Assembly (NCBI GenBank): GCA_963678065.2
Contig: CAXXVZ010000003.1
Location: 1,152,001-1,216,000 of the forward strand
DNA length: 64,000 nt
Reading direction: 5' to 3'
DNA from: Treponemataceae bacterium
GTDB lineage: Bacteria; Spirochaetota; Spirochaetia; Treponematales; Rectinemataceae
This document shows positions 49,230-58,718 of the stretch, piece by piece. Position 1 is the first letter of the stretch; each line of letters opens with the position of its first letter. The notes below the pieces were generated by a model that searched no databases, was not told the origin of the DNA, and saw nothing but the letters and a program-made list of their open reading frames with translations. A program made the position numbers and the translations under genes.

Positions 49230-49277
49230 ACTCCCCTCCCCTCAAGGCAATATGTTGAAATGATCATGAAATCCTGT

Positions 49278-50531
49278 TCAGAAAAATCCGTTCTTTATCC
49301 AGGCCAATATCTTCCCGAGACCCGCGCTCCTCGTCTTGTCGGACTTGGGACCCAGCGGGCGGGATTGCGCACGCTGCGGAGCCGGCAGACTGTCGGCCCC
49401 CGAGAGCACCAGGCCGACAGCCGTCGAATACACGGGATTCCGGTACTCCTCCACGAGCCCGCCCATCGTGAGCGGCAGCCCCATCCGGACCGGCAGGCCG
49501 AAAATCTCCTGGGCCAGCTCGACGACTCCGGGCATCATGGCAGCGCCACCCGTCAGGATGACGCCCGACTTGATGTGGCCCCAGCAGTGCCCCTTGTTCT
49601 CGACCTGATCGCGCGACATGCGCAGGATTTCCTCGATGCGCGGCTTCACGATCGACGAGAGCTTGCGGCGCGTGATCTCCATGGGCGCCCTGCCGCCGAT
49701 GCCGGGAACGACGATAGTCTCGTCCGCGTCGATGGAGGCCGGCCAGCAGGATGCCGACTGGCGCTTGATGCGCTCGGCGGCGTCCATGGGCACGCTCAGC
49801 ATGATGGAGATGTCGTTCGTGACGTTGAGCCCGCCGACGGGCACGGCTCCCGTGAAGTAGGGCGCCCCGTTGGAGTAGACGAGGAGGTCTGTGGTGCCGG
49901 CCCCCATGTCGATCACGAGGCAGCCGAGATCCTTCTCGTCCTTGGACAGGACTGAACGGGCCGCCGCGAGGCTCTGGAGCTGAAGGCTCTCCACCTTGAA
50001 TCCCGCGCGGTTGACGCACTTCAGGAGATTCTGGACGGTGGTCACCGAGCCGGTCACGATGTGGACCTCGGCCTCCAGTCTCACGCCTATCATGTCGAGG
50101 GGATCGCGGATTCCCGCCTGGTCGTCCACGATGTAGGTCTGCGGAATGACGTGGATGACCTCGCGGTCCATAGGAATCACGACGGCCTTGGCCGCCTCGA
50201 GGACCCTGTCCACATCTTCCTGCGCGATCTCGCGCCCTTTGCCCGTGACGGCGACGACGCCCCGGGAGTTCAGGCTCTCGATGTTGGCTCCTGCGACGCC
50301 CACGATGCAGCTCTTGATCTCGCGGCCCGACATGAGCTCGGCGGCCTCGATGGCGGAGGCCACGGAGGCGAGTGTGGCTTCAATGTTGACGACGACGCCC
50401 CGACGAAGACCGGTCGAGGGAGCCACTCCCACGCCGATTATCTCGAGAACGCCATCATCGTTGTATTCCCCGACGACAGCCCTTGTGGAAGCCGTGCCGA
50501 CGTCGAGGCCGACGATCAGATTGTCAGCCAG
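49278..50531 (-). CDS. ftsA: Cell division protein FtsA (probable CTG start)
   Basis: Frame extends upstream of the track ORF through LIVGLDVGTASTRAVV; IDMGAGTTD, ILTGGAA. Confidence 0.95.
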   Translation of the reverse strand: MADNLIVGLDVGTASTRAVVGEYNDDGVLEIIGVGVAPSTGLRRGVVVNIEATLASVASAIEAAELMSGREIKSCIVGVAGANIESLNSRGVVAVTGKGREIAQEDVDRVLEAAKAVVIPMDREVIHVIPQTYIVDDQAGIRDPLDMIGVRLEAEVHIVTGSVTTVQNLLKCVNRAGFKVESLQLQSLAAARSVLSKDEKDLGCLVIDMGAGTTDLLVYSNGAPYFTGAVPVGGLNVTNDISIMLSVPMDAAERIKRQSASCWPASIDADETIVVPGIGGRAPMEITRRKLSSIVKPRIEEILRMSRDQVENKGHCWGHIKSGVILTGGAAMMPGVVELAQEIFGLPVRMGLPLTMGGLVEEYRNPVYSTAVGLVLSGADSLPAPQRAQSRPLGPKSDKTRSAGLGKILAWIKNGFF

Positions 50532-51399
50532 GTTGTCCCTCCTTTGTTCGGTACACGACGGTACCGGTGCGGAAGTCGACTTCCTCGATGGTGCCGGCGG
50601 AATGCCTGTCCTTGAGGATGTCGAGTACCAATATGACGGAACGAAGCGTTTTTTCGTCCAGAACCGCCTGCGTCCTCACCGGGATGGGAACGTGGACGGG
50701 ATAGAGCAGAAGTTCGATGTCGCCGGCGGCGAGCCGGACGATCCTGATCTCGGAGAAGGCGGAGATGAGGGCAGGCGCCGTCGTCTCGAGGTTTTTCAAG
50801 CCCGCGAGGACGGGCAGGAGCTCGGCGGGCAGACGCTGTCCGGGCATAAAATTCTCGAACTGGACACCGGAGACGACGGGAAGCCCCGCGGGGGATTCGT
50901 CGGCGTAGGCGTAGACGACGCCCAGGGCATCGACGAGGACGGGCCTCAGGCCCCTGTCGGTCTGGACGAGGAGACAGGCCACAGGCTTGCGCTCCGTGAC
51001 CATGACGGCGAGTGTCGTGGGCAGAACCCTGGATACCCTGACCCTCTCGATGCGGGGCTCGGCGGCCAGTCTGCGCTGTATGGCGGGAATGTCGACGGTC
51101 ACGATGTTCTCGTTGCCGCCGAGCGCCGCAACCGCGAGGATATCGGCCTCGGGTATTGTCACGTTCCCGGTGACCTGGACCTGGGTTATCCGGAGGGCGG
51201 GCGGAAGATAGATCCAGGCCGCGTAGCCTGCCCCAGCAAGAATGGCGAGAACGAGTACGGCTCTGAGTGTCCGGACGAAGTATCCGGGAGAGCGGTCGCG
51301 GGATGCTTTCCGCAAGCCCGAGTCCTGATTCCGCGGTGAAATTTTCCCCTGTTTCGGATTCGTCTTCATCGTCGACATGCGGGCGGCGTAATCAGACAC
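50524..51399 (-). CDS. ftsQ: Cell division protein FtsQ/DivIB
   Basis: TM plus POTRA (ITQVQVTGN...VSRVLPTTL.V.VTERKPVA), VDFR. Confidence 0.88.
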   Translation of the reverse strand: MSDYAARMSTMKTNPKQGKISPRNQDSGLRKASRDRSPGYFVRTLRAVLVLAILAGAGYAAWIYLPPALRITQVQVTGNVTIPEADILAVAALGGNENIVTVDIPAIQRRLAAEPRIERVRVSRVLPTTLAVMVTERKPVACLLVQTDRGLRPVLVDALGVVYAYADESPAGLPVVSGVQFENFMPGQRLPAELLPVLAGLKNLETTAPALISAFSEIRIVRLAAGDIELLLYPVHVPIPVRTQAVLDEKTLRSVILVLDILKDRHSAGTIEEVDFRTGTVVYRTKEGQPG

Positions 51400-52681
51400 G
51401 CTCGTACCCTCCCTTGCGGGTGCAGTTGTACAGAAGGCCGAAACAGATGGCTATCATGAACAGGGACGAGCCGCCCGCGCTGAAAAGAGGCAAAGGAAGT
51501 CCGGTTGCGGGAACGAAGCCGGACACGACGGCGACATTGGCGAGAACCTGTATGGAGACGAGAAAGCCAAGCCCGAAAGCGAGGTAGGAACGGAATCCGT
51601 CCATCTCGAATGCGGCCTTGAATGTCCGGAGAAACAGGGCGCCCCAGAGAAAGAAGAAGACGAGCACACCGATGAAACCCGTTTCCTCCGCGAAAGCCGC
51701 GAAGATGAAATCTGACTGCACTGCGGGGATCGATGCGATTTTCCGCGTACCGAGCCCGATTCCCTTGCCGAAGAATCCTCCGGAAATGATCGCCTTGAGC
51801 GAGTTCTGCACCTGATAGCCCTGGCCGTGTGGATCGAGACCGGGCACGATGAAGGAGAGAACCCGCATCATGCGGTAATCGGAGACGAGGACGCTGAGGA
51901 GGCCGAGCGGAACTACCATCGAGAGGATGCCGACGAAGAAGCGCATCGGGGCCCCGGCCGCCCAGAAAACGGCCAGGCCGGCCAAGGCGGCCACGGCCGC
52001 CGTGGAAAAGTTGCTCTGGAAGAAGATGATGCCTGAGCCCGCGATGAGAACCAGAAAGGGCGGAATGAGGGTGCCGATGGTGTCGTCCATCGACTCGCGT
52101 TTCTTGTCGAGTATGTGGGCGAGATAGAACACGAGGATGGGCTTCCAGAATTCGGATGGCTGGATGGTCGTCGGGCCGAAATTGATCCAGCGCGAGGCGC
52201 CATTGCGCACTTCGCCCAGCCCCGGGATAAGGGGAAAGAAGAGGAAAATCAGGCCAGCGATCATGAAAACTCCGGCCCTCGGCCTGAGAACCTCAAGAGG
52301 AATCATCGCCGAAAGCACGAACAGAATGCAGGCGGGAATCATGAACATGAGTTGTCGGATGAGGAAATGCTCGGCGCCGCGTCCGATGGACAGGGCGTAG
52401 CCCGAAGAACCCGACCAGAGCGTGGCAAAACCCATGACGGTGAGGCAGATGAAGAGGGCGAGCATGGTGGTGTCGCCGTCCCGGGCGCCGAAAGCGGCCA
52501 GATTCGCCGCGCGCAGCGACACGCTTTTCACTTTGCTTTCCTGCGCAGCCGAGACCCGGTAGGGGGATTTGTACTCGTAGGCCTTTTCCCTTCCGGCCAG
52601 GAAGGCGGAGATGCCTCGCGCGGATTGTTCTTTTCCGGCGGCAGGAGAGCGCCCATGCCGGAAATTCCTCACCTTCATCAT
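51392..52681 (-). CDS. ftsW: SEDS peptidoglycan glycosyltransferase FtsW; start uncertain
   Basis: NGASRWI, IQPSEFWK, GYQ...S..AI.SGGFFGKG, SDFIFAAFAEETG, TGLPLPLFSAGGSS. Confidence 0.93.
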   Translation of the reverse strand: MMKVRNFRHGRSPAAGKEQSARGISAFLAGREKAYEYKSPYRVSAAQESKVKSVSLRAANLAAFGARDGDTTMLALFICLTVMGFATLWSGSSGYALSIGRGAEHFLIRQLMFMIPACILFVLSAMIPLEVLRPRAGVFMIAGLIFLFFPLIPGLGEVRNGASRWINFGPTTIQPSEFWKPILVFYLAHILDKKRESMDDTIGTLIPPFLVLIAGSGIIFFQSNFSTAAVAALAGLAVFWAAGAPMRFFVGILSMVVPLGLLSVLVSDYRMMRVLSFIVPGLDPHGQGYQVQNSLKAIISGGFFGKGIGLGTRKIASIPAVQSDFIFAAFAEETGFIGVLVFFFLWGALFLRTFKAAFEMDGFRSYLAFGLGFLVSIQVLANVAVVSGFVPATGLPLPLFSAGGSSLFMIAICFGLLYNCTRKGGYERV

Positions 52682-52686
52682 GTCTT

Positions 52687-53790
52687 TCACTGTATTTTCA
52701 GGGTTGTGAGAGCCAGAATCGCGAAAATGCCGCCCATTATCCAGAAACGGACGACAACCTTTGTCTCCTTCCATCCGCCCAGCTCGAAGTGGTGGTGCAA
52801 GGGGGCCATGCGGAAGAGGCGCTTGCCCTTGCCATCCGCGCTCTTCGCCTTTGTCAGCTTGAAATAGCCGACCTGCAGAATGACGGAGAAGGCTTCGAGG
52901 ATGAACATGGCCCCTACGACGAGAAGGAGAAGCTCCTTCTTGACTATGAGGGAGAGAACGCCGAGAACGCCGCCGAGGGCGAGGGAGCCTGCGTCGCCCA
53001 TGAACACTTCCGCGGGGTGGGCGTTGAACCAGAGGAAGCCCGTGCAGGCGCCGATGAGGGCGAGGTTGAAGACAGTCAGTTCGCCTGCGCCTTTTATGAA
53101 GGGGATGGCGAGGTAGGCCGACCAGTCCGCGCGCCCGGACACATAGGTCAGGACCGCGAAGGCGAGAACCGCCATTATGACGAGGCCGGTCGCGAGCCCG
53201 TCGAGTCCGTCGGTGAGGTTGACCGCATTGGACCAGAGCACGACGTAGATGGCCGCGAGCGGAATCCAGAGGCTTCCGAGATCGATGACGGGTTTCTTGA
53301 AGAAGGGGATGTAGAGCTGGGTGGTGTCGGCTCCGCCGGTAAAGTAGAGCACGAGCACGGCTCCGCCCGCCACCAGGAACTGCAGGACGAGCTTCTGGAC
53401 AACGGAGAGTCCGTCGGAATTCCTGCGTTTTATCTTGAGGTAATCGTCCGCGAAGCCGATCGCGCAGAACAGGAGGAGGGTTCCGAGGGCTACCCACGTG
53501 TACACGGTGTGCAGGTCCTGCCACAAGAAGACGGAGATGGCGACGGAAAGAATGATGAGAACGCCGCCCATGGTCGGGGTTCCGGATTTGACGAGGTGCG
53601 TCGAGGGGCCGTCAGTTCGGACCGACTGTCCGAACTTGAGGACCCTCAGCCTCTCGATCACCCTGGGACCAAAAAGCCAGCACAGGAGGAGCGCCGTCAC
53701 GGCGGCGTACATGGCCCTGAAGGTCAGATACTTCATGATGTTGAGAGCGCTGAAGTATTTGACGAGGGGAAGAAGGAGGTCACGCAACAT
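52687..53790 (-). CDS. mraY: Phospho-N-acetylmuramoyl-pentapeptide transferase
   Basis: KSGTPTMGG, ADDYLK, NAVNLTDGLDGL, FMGDAGS, MAPLHHHFE. Confidence 0.98.
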   Translation of the reverse strand: MLRDLLLPLVKYFSALNIMKYLTFRAMYAAVTALLLCWLFGPRVIERLRVLKFGQSVRTDGPSTHLVKSGTPTMGGVLIILSVAISVFLWQDLHTVYTWVALGTLLLFCAIGFADDYLKIKRRNSDGLSVVQKLVLQFLVAGGAVLVLYFTGGADTTQLYIPFFKKPVIDLGSLWIPLAAIYVVLWSNAVNLTDGLDGLATGLVIMAVLAFAVLTYVSGRADWSAYLAIPFIKGAGELTVFNLALIGACTGFLWFNAHPAEVFMGDAGSLALGGVLGVLSLIVKKELLLLVVGAMFILEAFSVILQVGYFKLTKAKSADGKGKRLFRMAPLHHHFELGGWKETKVVVRFWIMGGIFAILALTTLKIQ

Positions 53791-55303
53791 GGTTTGCATC
53801 CTTTGTGTCGGCCAGGACCGCGGCTGACGCCGCGGCTTGGTCGAAGCCCGGGAGGCATTCTACCAGCCTCTCGAGGGCCATGCCTCTGGAACCTTTGAGG
53901 AGGACGATGTCTCCCTCTTTCACATACGAGCGGAGAGCCGTTTTGAGGCCGTCGACATCGGTCCCCTGCCAGACCGGTCCTGCGAATCCGGCTTCCTTCG
54001 CGGCCTTGGCCGAGGCATCCGTCTCGACCCCGAAGAAGAAAAGGGCTTTTGCCTTTGACGAGCCGGCGCGGGCTCCGAGGACGGCGTGGGCGTTTTCCGA
54101 TTCCGGCCCGAGCTCGAGCATGGATCCGAGGACATAGATCCTCCGCGAGGAGGTCTCCACCGAATCACAGAAGTCGAGGACGGCGCCGACTGAGTCGGGG
54201 TTCGAGTTGTAGCAGTCCCGGATGAGGGTGAGCCTGCCGCGCAGGATCTCGGAACGGCCGAAGAGCGGCTTGACCGACTCGAGCCCCGCGACGACATCGT
54301 CGTCGGAGGCTCCCGCCGCGAGCGCCACAGAGATGGCCGCGAGCGCGTCGAGGAGGTTGTGCCGCCCCGGCAGGGGGAAGCGGATGGTCCGGTCCCTCCA
54401 GTCGATCTCGAAACCGTCGAGCCCCGCGGGGCGCGCGCCCGTAAAACCGGGAGTCGAGCGTTCGCCGAAATTCCGGACTTCGCCCGCGACTTCGCGTCTC
54501 AGGTAGGCGTTGAAATCGTCGTCCTCCCAGACAAAACCGCGCTGGCTCCCGGAAAAACGCGAGAACACATCCTTTTTTTCCTTTGCAATGGTGTCCCGAC
54601 TGCCGAGAATTCCGATATGGGCAGTCCCCACATTGGTGATGAGGGCGATGTCGGGTTCATAGACTGCAGTTATCTCGCCGATCTCGCCCGCGCGGTTCAT
54701 TCCCATCTCGAAGATCCCCACTTCGTGTTCCGGGCCGATGAGGAACATCGAGACGGGAAGTCCGATGTCGGAGTTGAGGTTTCCCGGATTCATGACGACA
54801 TTCCGCCCCTTTCCGAGGATGGAGGCGACGCACTCCTTCGTCGTTGTCTTGCCGGAAGAGCCGGTTATCCCGATGCGCAGGAGTGAAGGGTGGCGGCTTC
54901 TGTGCACGCGGGCGAGAGTCTGGAGAGCCTTTACGGTATCGTCGACGAGGATGAGGGCGGATTCTCCCGTGGTCGCAAAGAAGGCCGCGAGGGCTGCCTC
55001 TGCCCTGGCCGCAGAGGCGAGGATGCAGGAGGCTCCGGAGTCGAGGGCTTTCGCGATGAAGTCGTGGCCGTCGACCCGCTCGCCGGGAAGGGCGACGAAC
55101 ATCGCACCCGGACGGACCGAACGGGAATCGGTGACGACGCTCGAGATGCGGGCTCCGACATCGCCTTGGAACCCACAGCCCAGAAGGGATGCCGCCTCTC
55201 CGGCTGTGAAAAGGAGTCGAGACTCCCGGGCAGCGAAGGAGGCCTGGGCATCCGCGGCGAGGCCGGATTCGGGGCCGGGCGCAGCCATGGCTGTCTCGTT
55301 CAT
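53780..55303 (-). CDS. murF: UDP-MurNAc-tripeptide:D-Ala-D-Ala ligase
   Basis: DGHDF, GITGSSGKTTTKE, EMGMN, DCYNSNPDS, GSMLELG, LLKGSRGM. Confidence 0.96.
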   Translation of the reverse strand: MNETAMAAPGPESGLAADAQASFAARESRLLFTAGEAASLLGCGFQGDVGARISSVVTDSRSVRPGAMFVALPGERVDGHDFIAKALDSGASCILASAARAEAALAAFFATTGESALILVDDTVKALQTLARVHRSRHPSLLRIGITGSSGKTTTKECVASILGKGRNVVMNPGNLNSDIGLPVSMFLIGPEHEVGIFEMGMNRAGEIGEITAVYEPDIALITNVGTAHIGILGSRDTIAKEKKDVFSRFSGSQRGFVWEDDDFNAYLRREVAGEVRNFGERSTPGFTGARPAGLDGFEIDWRDRTIRFPLPGRHNLLDALAAISVALAAGASDDDVVAGLESVKPLFGRSEILRGRLTLIRDCYNSNPDSVGAVLDFCDSVETSSRRIYVLGSMLELGPESENAHAVLGARAGSSKAKALFFFGVETDASAKAAKEAGFAGPVWQGTDVDGLKTALRSYVKEGDIVLLKGSRGMALERLVECLPGFDQAAASAAVLADTKDANHVA

Positions 55304-55581
55304 TTGCCGGCCTCCGCTGGCGTCACGACTACGCGGATACGCTGTTCGGGTTTCGCTTTTTCAAGCCCGAGCCTCACTGCGGCCGTCGCCGACCTCGTTC
55401 TGTTCGTCAGAACGGAAATTCCGGACTCGAGTTTGCGATTTTCCTCGGTCCAGTCTTCCTGCGTCCTCTCGAGCTTCTTCGCCCTGGAGGAAAGAGAGGC
55501 GAAACGGGCTGTCTGCCAGGTCAAAAGAAGCAGGGAGAGCCCCGCTGCGGCAGCGGCTATGAAGAGAGGATTGCGCTTCAT
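55300..55581 (-). CDS. ftsL: Cell division protein FtsL-like
   Basis: Single TM plus coiled coil, directly after rsmH. Confidence 0.75.
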   Translation of the reverse strand: MKRNPLFIAAAAAGLSLLLLTWQTARFASLSSRAKKLERTQEDWTEENRKLESGISVLTNRTRSATAAVRLGLEKAKPEQRIRVVVTPAEAGK

Positions 55582-56642
55582 GCCCCGCCTCCTTGCTCCG
55601 CCGCGACTACGGAATCCGCAGAGGGGCCTGAGACCGGATATTTGGCGAGAACGCGCAACTTCGCGCTGCGGGAGGGAGGATTCTTTCTCGCCTCTTCCTG
55701 CGTCGGCTCGAGGGGTTTTTTTGTCAGAATGAGGAAACCCTCCGCGCCCGCCTTGTCCGACCTGCCTGTTCCGCCCGACAAAGCCTTTCCGCCGGCTCCG
55801 GGAACTCCGTCGTGAAGCTTCGGACCCTGCGCGAGCTCGCGGAACAGGTTCTTCGCTATCCTGTCCTCGAGAGAATGGAAGCTGATCACAGCCACCCTTC
55901 CTCCGGGGGCGAGAAGTCCCGCCGCTGCGCTTATGCCGCGTTCGGCGCGGCCAAGTTCGTCGTTGACACAGATGCGCAAAGCCTGGAAGGTGCGTGTGGC
56001 GCAGTGAAAACGCCCATTCCGGTAAGTCGCAGGCACCGACGAGGCCACAAGGTCGGCGAGCCGCGCGGTAGTCGTGATGGGGGAGACTCTGCGTTCTTCG
56101 ACGATGGCGCGGGCGATCCTTCTGGAGTAGCGTTCCTCGCCGTACTCGAAGATGATCCTGGCCAGCTCCTCTTCGCGCTCCTTGTTGACGATGTCGGAAG
56201 CCGTGCGGCCCCGGCCGGGGGAGAGTCTCATGTCGAGGGTCTCGTCCTTGCCGTGGCCGAAACCGCGACCGGACTCGGCGAAATGGTGCATGGAGATGCC
56301 GAGGTCGAAGAGGATGAGATCTGGCCGGCGGACGCTCGCGTCGGGAAAGGGAATCCCCGCGGTTTCTCCCGATCCGAGATCGGCGAGAACCTCGTCGAAA
56401 TACCCGGAGAGGAAGACGACCCTGGGAGCATAAGGCGAAAGCCGCTCGCGCGCCTTGGCCTGGATCACGGGATCAGCGTCGATGCCGGCGTAAAGCAGCT
56501 GTGGGTACTTTACGAGGAAGGCTTCGGCGTGCCCGCCCTCGCCCAGGGTGCAGTCGAGCATGAGGGCATCGGGCTTGGCCGGAACCAGCCACTCGAGGAT
56601 TTCCCCGAGCATCACCGGATAATGAACGATGGAGGACTTCAT
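55578..56642 (-). CDS. rsmH: 16S rRNA m4C1402 methyltransferase
   Basis: HYPVML.E, DCTLGEGGH, DLGIS, LDMR, TRTFQALRI.VNDEL, ISFHSLEDR, SRSAKLR. Confidence 0.97.
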   Translation of the reverse strand: MKSSIVHYPVMLGEILEWLVPAKPDALMLDCTLGEGGHAEAFLVKYPQLLYAGIDADPVIQAKARERLSPYAPRVVFLSGYFDEVLADLGSGETAGIPFPDASVRRPDLILFDLGISMHHFAESGRGFGHGKDETLDMRLSPGRGRTASDIVNKEREEELARIIFEYGEERYSRRIARAIVEERRVSPITTTARLADLVASSVPATYRNGRFHCATRTFQALRICVNDELGRAERGISAAAGLLAPGGRVAVISFHSLEDRIAKNLFRELAQGPKLHDGVPGAGGKALSGGTGRSDKAGAEGFLILTKKPLEPTQEEARKNPPSRSAKLRVLAKYPVSGPSADSVVAAEQGGGA

Positions 56643-57097
56643 CACTGCCTCGCCTCGAGTCTCACGCTCTTGAAGCTCTCGGTCGCCGCGATGAAATCGG
56701 ATTCCGTCTCTCCGAGGTAGGCCGAATAGGCTGCGCTGTCCCAGATTTCCACGTAACTGGTCATTCCGAGGATCGTGCAATCCTTGCCGAGCCGGGCGTA
56801 GTCGCGCAGGCTCTGGGGAATGGAAATTCGACCGAGCTTGTCGACCTCGACTTCCTGGGCGGGGGCCAGCATCCTTCTCTGGACGAGGCGGGCGTTCGCG
56901 TCGAAGGGACTCCCGATGGATGTCACGCCTCTCGCGAAAGACTCCCAGACAGCTTCCGGGAAGAGCCAGAGGCAATTGTCCACTCCGCGGGTGAGGACGA
57001 AAGAATTCCCCGCGAGCCCATTTCTGAGTCGCACAGGGAGAGATATTCGTCCTTTCTCGTCCAGGGTATTCCTGAACTCGCCCGTCAGTAAGTTCAT
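56642..57097 (-). CDS. mraZ: Transcriptional regulator MraZ
   Basis: LDEKGRISLP and VDKLGRISIP (two DxxGR motifs), VEIW. Confidence 0.97.
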   Translation of the reverse strand: MNLLTGEFRNTLDEKGRISLPVRLRNGLAGNSFVLTRGVDNCLWLFPEAVWESFARGVTSIGSPFDANARLVQRRMLAPAQEVEVDKLGRISIPQSLRDYARLGKDCTILGMTSYVEIWDSAAYSAYLGETESDFIAATESFKSVRLEARQ

Positions 57098-57132
57098 TCC
57101 ACCTCTTCCTACTATTTACCACTATTTCCCAC
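57098..57132 (-). promoter_or_regulatory. Four MraZ-binding boxes with 10-bp periodicity
   Basis: Minus strand GTGGG-AAATA-GTGGT-AAATA-GTAGG-AAGAG-GTGGA directly before the mraZ ATG. Confidence 0.85.
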
Positions 57133-57142
57133 TTACATTGTT

Positions 57143-57170
57143 ATTCTACCTGTACATCGAGATATGTCAA
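57143..57170 (-). promoter_or_regulatory. Sigma70 promoter of the dcw operon
   Basis: TTGACA (57170-57165), 16 nt, TAGAAT (57148-57143). Confidence 0.75.
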
Positions 57171-57315
57171 CGAATCTTTTTGCGAAAATACTCGACAGAA
57201 TTAATATTCGTGGATTTGTCGCACACACGCGTGTAGTACTGTCCGGATCAGAATTCGGGACCGGAAGGTCAAGCGAAAGAGAAAGATGTCAGCCCCGGGA
57301 CTGTCAGGGTTCCGA

Positions 57316-58608
57316 TCAGGACTTTGAGGCGAAGTAGTCGCTGACGACGAGGCGTGTCTCGGGATCCGGATCGATTCCGCCTTGTCCGGCGCGGGAGAAA
57401 ACCCGCAGACGCCTGAGGGAGTTCGAGAATCCCGCGATCACGGCTGGGGCGAAAACCGTCGCACTCTCCGTAAAAGGCAGGTCCCGGCCCCCCTCGTGGC
57501 CGATGACAGGCAGGTCGGATTCGAAGGAGACGGGCTCGGGTATGTCGATGACGACATCGAGACTTCCCGATGCCCTCCCCTTTAGGGCCAGCAGAGCGGC
57601 GATTTCCGCTTCGACGCGGCACCTGTGTTCCAGGTCGAGCAGCGCGACATGGGTCGGCTTTGCCGGTTCGAAGGGTATGTCGAGGACGGCCTGAAAGAGC
57701 CTGCCCTCCCTCACGTCACGGGCGAGGGAGAAAGGGCTGTAGTCGCGCGAGGCGAGGAGGTGGAAAAAACCTGCATCGTCCAGGCCGTAGAGCTCGGGAC
57801 CGGCCAGAACGCCCTCATTCAATGCGAGGACGACGGCCTTCTTGATCATGGCCGTGGCGGCGCGCACCGACTTGTGCCAGTAGACTGAACGGTACATGAG
57901 ATACTTGGAGAAGAGGATTCCCTCGATGCTCATGATGCCGCGCCCGTCGACGCCGAGCCTGTCGGCTCCGTCGACCGCGACCCGTCTCAGGATGAAGTCG
58001 CTGTCCTGGATTCCGTAGGGCACGCCGCAGAAGAAGGCGTCCCGGTTGAGATAGTCGAGTTTGTCAGGGTCGAGGACACCCGAGAGCAGTCCCCTGAAAA
58101 AACGGATTTCCCGCGAGCCCCTGTCGGGAAGATCCGCATCCACGATGGCGGCAGCCATCTCCGTTTCGGCGCCGGATGCCTCCACGGAGGCTCTGACTCT
58201 GCCTTCGCGGATGGCGAGGCCGGTGAGGGTCTCGTGGTCGGCAAGGGGCAATTCCTTGAGCGAATGGGCGAAAGGGAAATGGCCGAGATCGTGGCAGAGA
58301 GCCGCGGCGAGGAAGGAGGCTGCCCCCTCGCGACTGACGAAGTCGATCATGCCTTTTTCGCCCAGGGCGAGAAGGAGCCGGCGCGCCGCGTGGCAGACAC
58401 CGATGGAGTGGGCCCGGCGCGTATGTGTCGCGCCCGGATAGACCAGATGCGCGGGGCCGAGCTGGAGTATGCCGTCGAGTTTGACAAGGGCCGGGCAGGC
58501 GGCGAGAGCCGCGAGGCCGGGCGAGAGGAGTATGGTTCCCCAGACAGGGTCACGCAGGGCTTCGTCGAAACCCGTGGAAAGAAAACGTACGATCGCGTCG
58601 CTTGACAT
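57316..58608 (-). CDS. HD-domain phosphohydrolase (YwfO/SAMHD1-like putative dNTP triphosphohydrolase)
   Basis: RDPVWG, QLG.AHLVYPGATHTRRAHSIG, HDLGHFPFAH, DPDKLDYLNRD, MYRSVYWHK. Confidence 0.9.
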   Translation of the reverse strand: MSSDAIVRFLSTGFDEALRDPVWGTILLSPGLAALAACPALVKLDGILQLGPAHLVYPGATHTRRAHSIGVCHAARRLLLALGEKGMIDFVSREGAASFLAAALCHDLGHFPFAHSLKELPLADHETLTGLAIREGRVRASVEASGAETEMAAAIVDADLPDRGSREIRFFRGLLSGVLDPDKLDYLNRDAFFCGVPYGIQDSDFILRRVAVDGADRLGVDGRGIMSIEGILFSKYLMYRSVYWHKSVRAATAMIKKAVVLALNEGVLAGPELYGLDDAGFFHLLASRDYSPFSLARDVREGRLFQAVLDIPFEPAKPTHVALLDLEHRCRVEAEIAALLALKGRASGSLDVVIDIPEPVSFESDLPVIGHEGGRDLPFTESATVFAPAVIAGFSNSLRRLRVFSRAGQGGIDPDPETRLVVSDYFASKS

Positions 58609-58718
58609 TGTTTCCCTCCCCGCCGCAGGCCCGGCACGAAAATTCCCGACCAAAGTCATACACAATCTACACGATTCGGGTATAAAATGCAGCACACTCG
58701 ACAAGGGGAAACGCAGCA

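Noticed and set aside
51392..55581. Absence of ftsI, murE, murD and murG from the dcw cluster
   Set aside because: A compact murF-mraY-ftsW-ftsQ-ftsA-ftsZ order is normal for spirochaetes.
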